Part shown: positions 1 to 7,769 of the stretch, piece after piece | Layout: every line of letters starts with the position of its first letter | Position numbering within the stretch: position 1 is the stretch's first letter | From: Thermomicrobiales bacterium | GTDB taxonomy: Bacteria; Chloroflexota; Chloroflexia; Thermomicrobiales; JALYUS01 | Reading direction: 5' to 3' | Length of the DNA stretch: 31,724 bases | Assembly (NCBI GenBank): GCA_038238655.1 | Contig: JBBSFO010000001.1 | Coordinates: 1-31,724 of the forward strand | Notes under the pieces: model-generated | What the model saw: the letters and a program-made list of their open reading frames with translations, nothing else | Databases searched by the model: none | What the model was told of the DNA's origin: nothing | Program-made: the position numbers and the translations under genes

Positions 1-1373
1 GCCTTCGCCCCAAGACAGGTATTGAGTTGTACCGGTGTGACGATCGCACCGTAATAATTGAGCAACATCGCTGTCGCGGTGACTGCGCATCCGAACCGAC
101 CAATCGTATCGCCGCTCGACTGCATGATGACACTACGCCACGCCGGATCATTCTGACTGAAGACCGGCAGACCGCAATTGACGCCGCCTGCCGGTGCGGC
201 GGGCGCGGCCGGTGCGGCGTCGCTGGCGGTGAGCGGAAAGGCGAGTTCTTCCGTCGCCCCGGAATGAATGTCTACCGCGATCTGCCGTGGAACGCCCGGA
301 TCCGTAGTGACCGCAGACGTTTGCCCTGAGCCCGTAGCGCGCGTGCCCTGATCGGTCGGCGACGACGTGCGCGTGACGCTGGCGAAGATGACGCTCTGGT
401 TGTCCTGCGCCCAGCAAAGCGGTTGCGTGGTCGAACCATAGAAACCGTCGGGCCGCAGTTCGGGCGGCGCGGCGACCTTGCGCGCTTGTCCGCCGATTTC
501 GGCAACCCAGAGTTCGAGCTGACTCTGGCTTGCGGCGGCCTGCTGGTCGTTGAAACGCAAAAACGCGATCTGCTTATTGTCCGGTGACCATGACGGCCGA
601 ACAAGCCAGAGACCGCGTGGGACACTGGCGAGTTCCTGCCGCTGGGCTGGATTCGCGACATCGAGCGACCAGAGATGCGCGTTGTCGAGTGCCTCGTTGC
701 CTGCAGTCACATAAACGAGGTGCGTGCCGTCGGGGGAAAGCGACAGAAGCGACGAAAAGAGCGGCGACAACGTATCGGCAGGTTCGGCGCGCAAAATACG
801 CACGTCCGACGCATCGCCGTCCGAAATGCGAATAGCGGTCGTTGCGTCATCACTGTAGAGATCCACGACTTTGGTTGATTCACTTGCGCATTCCGCCGTG
901 CGTTGCGGCACCGGGGCGACGTGGCGGCGGCGCACCGCGAATATCCCGACCGTACCGGCGATCAGCAGAACGCCAACGGCGATCAGCGCAAACTGCTGCC
1001 ACCCGAGGCGGCGCTTCGCCCGAGACTTCCCCGTCGCAGCTGCCGTCGTGCTCGTCAGTCGTACGGAGAATCGTGCTTCGGCTGCAGCATTCGCACCATC
1101 CCCCGCCGCCCGCACCGTCAGGACGAGGTCCGCCGCCGGTGCACCGACCGGCGGCGCGAGCAGGAGCGTCGCCGTCGCCTGCCCGCCCGCCGCGACACTT
1201 AAGGTAGGCGGCAACAAAGTCGCCCATGCCGCATCAACACCACGAACACTGAGTGCGTACTCCGCCGGTTCGGGGGAATCATGGGTGAGGACGGCGGTGA
1301 GCAGGATCGTACCGCCCGCCTTTACCTCGGATTGATCGGCGGAAAGTGTCAGTGTAGGAGGGGACGTTGCCAA
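1..1373 (-). CDS. Partial (3'-truncated) bitopic membrane protein: Ig-like domain, TM helix, TolB/PD40-like beta-propeller, Peptidase C39-like domain
   Basis: Not in the ORF track. Manual translation of the - strand from TTG at 1373 (GGGGG 7 nt upstream) is open to the window edge, about 457 aa: MATSPPTLTLSADQSEVKAGG...; TM FALIAVGVLLIAGTVGIFAV (nt 933-992); LSPDG and WSPD propeller motifs; FSQNDPAW...IGRFGCAVTATAMLLNYYG (Q-x-D-x-x-W and GC motifs of C39-like peptidases, Cys at nt 87-89). Confidence 0.85.
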   Translation of the reverse strand, partial: MATSPPTLTLSADQSEVKAGGTILLTAVLTHDSPEPAEYALSVRGVDAAWATLLPPTLSVAAGGQATATLLLAPPVGAPAADLVLTVRAAGDGANAAAEARFSVRLTSTTAAATGKSRAKRRLGWQQFALIAVGVLLIAGTVGIFAVRRRHVAPVPQRTAECASESTKVVDLYSDDATTAIRISDGDASDVRILRAEPADTLSPLFSSLLSLSPDGTHLVYVTAGNEALDNAHLWSLDVANPAQRQELASVPRGLWLVRPSWSPDNKQIAFLRFNDQQAAASQSQLELWVAEIGGQARKVAAPPELRPDGFYGSTTQPLCWAQDNQSVIFASVTRTSSPTDQGTRATGSGQTSAVTTDPGVPRQIAVDIHSGATEELAFPLTASDAAPAAPAAPAGGVNCGLPVFSQNDPAWRSVIMQSSGDTIGRFGCAVTATAMLLNYYGAIVTPVQLNTCLGAK

Positions 1374-1883
1374 CCTGAGACCCCCGGAAAACGCACCCCA
1401 CACCGGGGGCAAACAAGACAAGACACCCGCACGGCGAGCATTGACCATTCAACTACCGATCCGACACAATCGGATCACACGGATCACTGACTGCGTCGGT
1501 TCAACGACGCGTGGGCGTGCATCACGGTTCGGAGACGCCTCTGCAGGACAGGGCGCGTCTTGTCCGGGCCACCTCAACGTTGCAATACATGAACAAATTA
1601 GGTGGATAAGCAGCAAAATCTTCTTAGACTGATGTACAATGAAACTGACGTTTACGAGGCGACACGGGGATGTTGCGATCGTGGGGAGTATTGTTCCGGC
1701 TGCATGCATTTGGTATCTTCTCTATACAAGTGAATAATCACATCATGAGGAGAATAGGCAGTATAGAAAACGGTGGCGGGAGAGACGTACGTAGTCGCGG
1801 CGGCGACGGGGCGCGAGGTGGGGAAACGTCTGCGTGCGTTGTCTACAATCACGAAGTGGCTGTTCGACGGGGGAGGGGGACGT
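1374..1883. promoter_or_regulatory. Divergent promoter region between the membrane peptidase gene and the SARP/BTAD regulator
   Basis: 510-nt non-coding gap between divergent genes. AT-rich stretch at about 1580-1770 with -10-like hexamers TACAAT (1635-1640) and TATACA (1723-1728). No convincing -35 seen. Confidence 0.5.
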
Positions 1884-2972
1884 ATGGGCTCGTTGGAAAT
1901 CCGCGTGTTCGGATCGTTGCGGTTGCAAGACCGTGAAAGTGGTCAAATCCGCCCGCTGAACGGGAAGGTCCGAGATCTCTTCTCCTACCTTCTCATCGCG
2001 CGCGAGGTCGCGCATTCGCGCGAACAGCTTGCGGGCATCTTTTGGGGCGACCGTGACAGCGAGAAAGCTCGCCATTGCCTTAATACCACGTTGTGGCGGT
2101 TGAACCGTTCACTTGCGCCGAATGGCGCGAGCAATCACCTTCGGATCGGCGCATACCATATCGGCTTCAACCTGTCCAACGAGTGCTGGATTGATGTCGT
2201 CGAGTTCGAAACGCGATTCAACTGGGCCGAAGCGGCCGGTGATGTGCCGCCGGAGCAGCGCGCTCTCTTCTATAGCCAGGCGGTGGCGTTCTACGATGGC
2301 GACCTGCTCACCGATTGCTATGAAGACTGGTGTGTCATCGAGCGTGAACGACTGCGTTGTTTGTACTCGCGCGCCTTGAAGTGGTTGATTACCTATCACA
2401 TTTCTCGCCGCGATTATGCTCCCGCAATTGAATACGCGCGCCGCGCACTGGCCTGCGATCCCCTGTATGAGGAAGTGCATCGCCAACTGATGCAGATATA
2501 TCTGGCGATGGGACAACCCAATGACGCCTTGCGTCAATATCGCGCTTGCGAGGATATCGTCAGGCGCGAACTCGCGCAGGAACCGATGCCCGAAACACAG
2601 TCGTTTCTTCCGCTGATTCTGGGCATCACACCGAACATGACTCCCGTTGTACCCGATCAGCCACCCTTCTCCGCTGCCATGTCATATGCGCGCGACACTG
2701 CTACAGCGCTGGTCGCCGCAGCCTCGAACCTTTGCGACGCGGCAGAAACCCTCGAAAGCAGCCACGCGCATATCCAGCGTGTCTCGGCGCTCCTGCAAGA
2801 GACAATCCGAGAGATGACGACAACGATTTCCGCACTCGAAGAAACAGCGGCCTGGCGGCAATGTTCCACGCGACTCGCGCGTGCCAACGACGTCCTCGCG
2901 GCGATCTCCGGTTCCGGTGCGGAAACATTGCGGGCAGTCGTCAGTCCGACACCAATTCGCCTGGTGCAGTGA
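1884..2972 (+). CDS. AfsR/SARP-family transcriptional activator (winged helix + BTAD), about 362 aa
   Basis: LEIRVFGSLRL...KVRDLFSYLL...SREQLAGIFW...ARHCLNTTLWRL (SARP wHTH); FYDGDLLTDCYEDWCVIERERLR...AIEYARRALACDPLYEEVHRQLMQIYLAMGQPNDALRQYRAC (BTAD). ATG 1884 preferred over 1773 because GGAGG lies just upstream. Confidence 0.93.
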   Translation: MGSLEIRVFGSLRLQDRESGQIRPLNGKVRDLFSYLLIAREVAHSREQLAGIFWGDRDSEKARHCLNTTLWRLNRSLAPNGASNHLRIGAYHIGFNLSNECWIDVVEFETRFNWAEAAGDVPPEQRALFYSQAVAFYDGDLLTDCYEDWCVIERERLRCLYSRALKWLITYHISRRDYAPAIEYARRALACDPLYEEVHRQLMQIYLAMGQPNDALRQYRACEDIVRRELAQEPMPETQSFLPLILGITPNMTPVVPDQPPFSAAMSYARDTATALVAAASNLCDAAETLESSHAHIQRVSALLQETIREMTTTISALEETAAWRQCSTRLARANDVLAAISGSGAETLRAVVSPTPIRLVQ

Positions 2973-3085
2973 CTCGTGTGACCGTTCGGTGTTCGTGCTC
3001 CGTTTTACTCCCGTTACGCTGTGCCAAGTCCGTTGTCGTTTGTTGAGGCGACGTTGGTGCATCCGCTAAGGAGTGAAACGTCGCG

Positions 3086-3988
3086 TTGGATACCCATGAA
3101 TCGGGATTTGTCGTACGGGTGTGGGAGGAGCGGCGCGCCGATCGAAACGTGCGCGCGGTTTGGCGTTTGTCGGCAACGAATGTCAAAGGAAAAGCCGCCG
3201 TCTATTTCACGTCCATCTCGTCGTTGTGCGACTACCTCGCGCGGGAGTCGGGGGTGGAAATCACGTCCGCCCCCGTATTCGCGCCAATGATCGGAGAACA
3301 TCCGAATGGAACGGACGCACGATCGGATAGTGCTGGCACGGTCGTCCTTTTTCCGACGGACAGCCTGGGGGCGACGATGAACAGCCCGCTGGCACTCGCG
3401 GCGATGACCTTCATTCTCAAGGATTTGTTGGACAACCGAATCGTCCAGCGGGGGGTGACCGCAGACGTCGGGAGCGTTGCGATCACCGCGTTGCCACCCG
3501 ACCGTATCCCGACCGGGAGCGATGAACGGAGTCAACTCAACATCTTTTTGTATCGTGTCACACCGTACACTGCGTGGCGAAACAACGGATCGCTGTTGTC
3601 GGAACGCCGCGAGGACCGGCCCGCGCCGATGTGCCTCGATCTCCATTATCTCGTTTCGGCGTATGGCGAGCACGACTTTCATGCCGAGATATTGCTCGGC
3701 TACGCGATGCAGATTCTCCACGAGACGCCCATCCTTGCCCATGACGAGATCACCCGCGCGCTCGCGTCCATTGCGCCTACCGCAGGGAGCGCCTTACCGC
3801 CTGCATATCAGGCAATCGCTGGCGCGAATCCGGGCAACTCGCTGTCCGAGATTCATATCAGCCCCGAATTCCTCAATGCCGAAGAAACATCCAAACTCTG
3901 GTCCGCGTTGCAGGCTCGCTATCGCCCGTCGCTGACCTATAAGGTCTCGGCGGTGCTGATCGAAGCCGATCGGCCAGTCGCGCGGTGA
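3086..3988 (+). CDS. DUF4255/Pvc16-family CIS sheath terminator/cap protein #1, with a 97-aa N-terminal extension (alternative start ATG 3377)
   Basis: From ATG 3377: MNSPLALAAMTFILKDLLDN...ITALPPDRI...QLNIFLYRVTPYTAWRN...LDLHYLVSAYG...EILLGYAMQILHETPIL...KLWSALQARYRPSLTYKVSAVLIE is typical DUF4255. In-frame upstream TTG 3086 has AAGGAG at 3068-3073. Confidence 0.88.
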   Translation: MDTHESGFVVRVWEERRADRNVRAVWRLSATNVKGKAAVYFTSISSLCDYLARESGVEITSAPVFAPMIGEHPNGTDARSDSAGTVVLFPTDSLGATMNSPLALAAMTFILKDLLDNRIVQRGVTADVGSVAITALPPDRIPTGSDERSQLNIFLYRVTPYTAWRNNGSLLSERREDRPAPMCLDLHYLVSAYGEHDFHAEILLGYAMQILHETPILAHDEITRALASIAPTAGSALPPAYQAIAGANPGNSLSEIHISPEFLNAEETSKLWSALQARYRPSLTYKVSAVLIEADRPVAR

Positions 3989-6009
3989 GCGTCGCAATGC
4001 TCCGGCCGCACCAGCGGGTAGACTGGATCGCGTCGAACCAGCATTATCTGTATACGGCGATCGAGACGGTCCGCGCGTCATTGATCCGCCATTTTCGGCA
4101 CGACACCGACCAGGACGAAGCGGCGGCATTCGAGCGCGCGGCACGAGACCGTATGGAAGCGGCCGAGTTTGATATGCCCGCATCTTCCGCGTTGGCAACG
4201 CTCTGTCGTGCCTTCGCGCTGTCGCCGTTCGAGCGCGACATCGTTCTCTTTTGCGTGGGCGCGGAACTCGACGGAGGATTCCTGTCTACGTATGCAGCGC
4301 ACAGCGATGGCGCGCGACCGTTTCCGACCTTCGGCGCGGCAATCGCGGCATTCCCCGATGCGCATTGGGCTGCCCTCGCGCCCTCGTCGCCGCTCCGCTA
4401 TTGGCGGTTGATCCATATGGAAGCCGGACGGTCGCTCGTGGATAGTCCATTGCGCATTGACGAGAGCATCCTGCATTTCCTGATGGGTTTGCCGGAGTCG
4501 AATGCACACCTGCTCGAACTGGCGATGCCGCTTCACGGTATCGGCAAACTTGTGCCGTCGCATGCCGCGCTGGCGGAACAGATCGCGGAATGCTGGAGTG
4601 ACGAACAAACGCGCGCGCAGGCCGCGATTCAACTCGTCGGCGACGACCGCAGCGCGAAGCAGGGAATCGCCGCCGCCGCTTGTGCGATTGCCGGTTTCAA
4701 ACTCACCGTGATTGCTGCCGAGCACATGCCGCTCGAGTACAGCGAACTTGACACGCTCGCGCGCCTCTGCGAGCGGGAGGCAATCCTGAGGGGAACGACC
4801 GTACTACTGGATTGCGACAATCTCGATACCGCCGATGCGGTGCGTAATCATGCGGTCACGCGATTCATCGAAGACATGAACGCGCAACTGATCGTCGGTA
4901 GCCCGGACCGCCGCCGCCCCCGCGACCGGAGCTACACAACATTCGAAGTGGCACTGCCGACGCGCGACGAGCAACGCGGAATGTGGCACGCCGGCCTGGA
5001 CACAACGATCCCGCTGCTTTCCGGAGAGATTGATGCCCTTTCGACGCAGTTTCGGTTCGACGTACAGGAGATAGAGAGCATTTGTGCGGCAGTCGCGCAC
5101 GAATATCAGGCAATGGCGCGGGGTGCGGCGGGCGATGTCGGCCAGTTGCGGCGCACGCTCTGGGGAGCGTGCCGCATGCAGACCCGTAGCGGGATGGACG
5201 ACCTAGCGCAACGCATTGGGGTTGCTGCGACGTGGGAGGATTTCGTTCTGCCAGAGGCGCAAAAAGAGATTCTGCAAGAGATCGCCGCACATGTGCGCCA
5301 ACGCAGTCTCGTCTACGATACGTGGGGATTTGCCAACAAAGGGACACGCGGCCTCGGCGTCACGGCGCTTTTCGCGGGGGACAGCGGCACCGGCAAAACA
5401 ATGGCCGCCGAAGTGCTCGCGGGCGAACTCAACCTCGATCTCTATCGGATTGACCTGAGCGCTGTCGTCAGCAAATACATCGGCGAAACGGAAAAGAACC
5501 TGCGGCGCGTCTTCGATACCGCCGAAGGTGGCGGCGCGATCCTCTTATTCGATGAGGCGGACGCACTCTTCGGCAAGCGGAGCGAAGTGAAGGACAGCCA
5601 CGACCGCCACGCGAATATCGAAGTTTCGTACCTATTGCAGCGAATGGACGAGTATCGCGGCCTCGCGATCCTCACATCGAATCTCAAGAGTTCGCTCGAC
5701 CACGCATTCCTGCGGCGTATTCGATTCGTCGTACATTTTCCATTCCCGGACGCCGCGCACCGGGCGCAGATTTGGGCGCACATCTTTCCCGCCGAAACAC
5801 CGACCGAAGGGCTGGACCCGATGCGACTGGCCCAGTTGAACATCGCCGGTGGAAACATCCGTTCGATTGCCCTCCGTGCCGCATTCCTCGCTGCGGACAC
5901 GGGCGAACCGGTGCAAATGACGCATGTTTTGCGCGCCGCACGGAGCGAGTACAGCAAACTGGAAAAGCGTCTGACCGATGGGGAAACGCATGGTTGGCTT
6001 ACCGTCTAG
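3985..6009 (+). CDS. CIS-associated AAA+ ATPase (Afp15/Pvc15-like), 674 aa
   Basis: N-terminal FALSPFERDIVLFCVGAELD helical domain; degenerate first AAA module; Walker A GDSGTGKT; Walker B ILLFDEADALFGKRSEVKDSHDRHANIEVSYLLQRM, a signature of eCIS ATPases. GTGA start/stop overlap with the upstream gene. Confidence 0.95.
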   Translation: MSVAMLRPHQRVDWIASNQHYLYTAIETVRASLIRHFRHDTDQDEAAAFERAARDRMEAAEFDMPASSALATLCRAFALSPFERDIVLFCVGAELDGGFLSTYAAHSDGARPFPTFGAAIAAFPDAHWAALAPSSPLRYWRLIHMEAGRSLVDSPLRIDESILHFLMGLPESNAHLLELAMPLHGIGKLVPSHAALAEQIAECWSDEQTRAQAAIQLVGDDRSAKQGIAAAACAIAGFKLTVIAAEHMPLEYSELDTLARLCEREAILRGTTVLLDCDNLDTADAVRNHAVTRFIEDMNAQLIVGSPDRRRPRDRSYTTFEVALPTRDEQRGMWHAGLDTTIPLLSGEIDALSTQFRFDVQEIESICAAVAHEYQAMARGAAGDVGQLRRTLWGACRMQTRSGMDDLAQRIGVAATWEDFVLPEAQKEILQEIAAHVRQRSLVYDTWGFANKGTRGLGVTALFAGDSGTGKTMAAEVLAGELNLDLYRIDLSAVVSKYIGETEKNLRRVFDTAEGGGAILLFDEADALFGKRSEVKDSHDRHANIEVSYLLQRMDEYRGLAILTSNLKSSLDHAFLRRIRFVVHFPFPDAAHRAQIWAHIFPAETPTEGLDPMRLAQLNIAGGNIRSIALRAAFLAADTGEPVQMTHVLRAARSEYSKLEKRLTDGETHGWLTV

Positions 6010-6037
6010 GCCTGCGCCCGCCAAACGAGGGGGAACG

Positions 6038-7609
6038 ATGGAAGCGGTTGCCGAAGAGATTATCGGGGAGCACACCTATCTTGTCCTGGAGGACGAACAG
6101 CCCTTCGCCACGTCGCGGCTCTGGGAGCTGCAACGGCGCTACTTCGAGAGCATGGGCGTCGAGGCATGGCGTCGGGGCGAAGTGCCGCACTACGTGACCA
6201 GCAATCCGCGGATGGCCAATAGCTACGCGGAGATCGCCTTCGCCCTGTTTCGCGACCGGCAACGCCTGGCACCCATTGGCGAACCGTTGACGATTTGCGA
6301 ACTCGGCGCGGGGTCGGGGCGGTTCGCATTCCACTTTCTCAGCCGCCTCAATCGCCTGTGCGACGATGCGGCGGTTCCGCTCACCTCGTTCCGGTATGTC
6401 CTCACCGACCTCGCGCAGAGTAATCTCGATTTTTGGCGGGCGCACCCCCGCTTCCAACCATACTTCGACGTCGGTGTCCTCGACTACGCACGCTTCGACA
6501 TCACCGATTCATCTGCACTCACGATGGAGCAAAGCGGCAAGACGATCCGACCGGGCAGTCTGCAGCAGCCACTCATCGTGATCGCTAATTACGTATTCGA
6601 CAGTATCCCCCAGGACCTCTTCCACATTGACGAACATGCGGTCGAGGAATGTCTCATGACGATGGTCGTGCGCAAGGACGAGCAGACGGAGACGATCGCG
6701 GATCTCGTCGGCGCGCTGAAATGCAAACTAACGCAAAAGCCACTCGTGGAATCGCCGTACGACGAAGCGTATCTTCAGCGATTACTCGCGACGTATCGGG
6801 AAACGCTCGTGAATACTCATCTCCTGTTTCCCGCGACGGGGCTGCGCTGCGTGCGTCGCCTGCAGGATTTGTCCCAGGCAGGCGTCGTGCTGCTCTCCGC
6901 CGACAAAGGTGAGCATCACTTGTCCGCACTCCAAGGGCGACCGGCGCCGGGCCTCGTGCGCCACGGCGGTGCCTTTTCCATCTATGTGAATTACCACGCA
7001 TTCAAGGAAATGTGCGAACGCGGCGGAGGGATTGCATTGTTCCCGACTGCCCAATACCGCAGCGTAAACGTCTGCTGCCTGATTATGGTCGCGGACGCCG
7101 CCAGCCATCGCGATACCCGCAGCGCCTATCGGCGGTATGTGGAAGAGTTCGGCCCGGACGACTTTTTCAGCATCACGCGGACTGCGAACGAGCAGATCGG
7201 TGCGATGTCGGTGGAAAACATCGTCGCCTATCTCCGACTGAGTTACTACGACGGCCAGCAACTGTCGCGCTGCATCCCGCGATTGATCGAACTCGCGCCT
7301 GATTTCGGGGAGGGGGACCGCGACGCGGTACTCACCGCTGCCGAACAGGCATGGGAGTTGCAGTACCCGCTGGGCGAAGGACTCGATCTCGCCGGTCAGA
7401 TCGCCGGATTGTGCTACGCGCTCGCCGATCATGCGCGCGCCCTCACCTTTCTTCAGTATTCTATTGCGACCTACGGCGAAGAGCCGGGTACGCTCAGGAA
7501 CATGGCCCTGTGCTACCAACAACTCGGCGATAGCGAGCGGGCAGAACAGATTCTGGCATCACTCCCGTCGTCGGATGCGACGGAACAGAGCGGAACGACC
7601 GTCGCTTAA
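6038..7609 (+). CDS. SAM-dependent methyltransferase (MidA/NDUFAF7-like) with C-terminal TPR, about 523 aa
   Basis: YVTSNP, motif I ICELGAGSGRF, and IVIANYVFDSIPQD resembling the MidA NElfDalP motif; C-terminal TPR-like helices (HARALTFLQYSIATYGEEPGTLRNMALCYQQLGDSERAEQIL). ATG 6038 follows GAGGGGG. Confidence 0.8.
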   Translation: MEAVAEEIIGEHTYLVLEDEQPFATSRLWELQRRYFESMGVEAWRRGEVPHYVTSNPRMANSYAEIAFALFRDRQRLAPIGEPLTICELGAGSGRFAFHFLSRLNRLCDDAAVPLTSFRYVLTDLAQSNLDFWRAHPRFQPYFDVGVLDYARFDITDSSALTMEQSGKTIRPGSLQQPLIVIANYVFDSIPQDLFHIDEHAVEECLMTMVVRKDEQTETIADLVGALKCKLTQKPLVESPYDEAYLQRLLATYRETLVNTHLLFPATGLRCVRRLQDLSQAGVVLLSADKGEHHLSALQGRPAPGLVRHGGAFSIYVNYHAFKEMCERGGGIALFPTAQYRSVNVCCLIMVADAASHRDTRSAYRRYVEEFGPDDFFSITRTANEQIGAMSVENIVAYLRLSYYDGQQLSRCIPRLIELAPDFGEGDRDAVLTAAEQAWELQYPLGEGLDLAGQIAGLCYALADHARALTFLQYSIATYGEEPGTLRNMALCYQQLGDSERAEQILASLPSSDATEQSGTTVA

Positions 7610-7769
7610 TCGCGTCGCGCAAGGCGCTATGCATTGAAGCAACCGTACCGTATACTCGTCTCAGTACTGCGTGTGAACTGGGTCCATGAATACTACATCA
7701 GTCCAATACTGTTGTTTCGGGTGGAATACGCGAGGTAACCGTTCCGGTACGGCGCAATAAGGAGTCTGT

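Noticed and set aside
27-1335. Track ORFs at 27-329, 148-417, 272-661, 842-1207, 871-1335, 880-1227 and similar
   Set aside because: All overlap the better-supported - strand gene 1373 to <1, which has a coherent domain architecture.
1471-1487. CGGATCAC direct repeat (1471-1478, 1480-1487) as a SARP operator
   Set aside because: 9-bp period rather than 11, only two copies, and not found upstream of other operons.
1773-1883. Longer track starts for the regulator (1773); likewise 5978, 10813, 14632, 15078, 21933 and 24276 for other genes
   Set aside because: Downstream ATGs (1884, 6038, 10831, 14680, 15123, 21939, 24321) have properly spaced purine-rich RBSs and match family N-termini.
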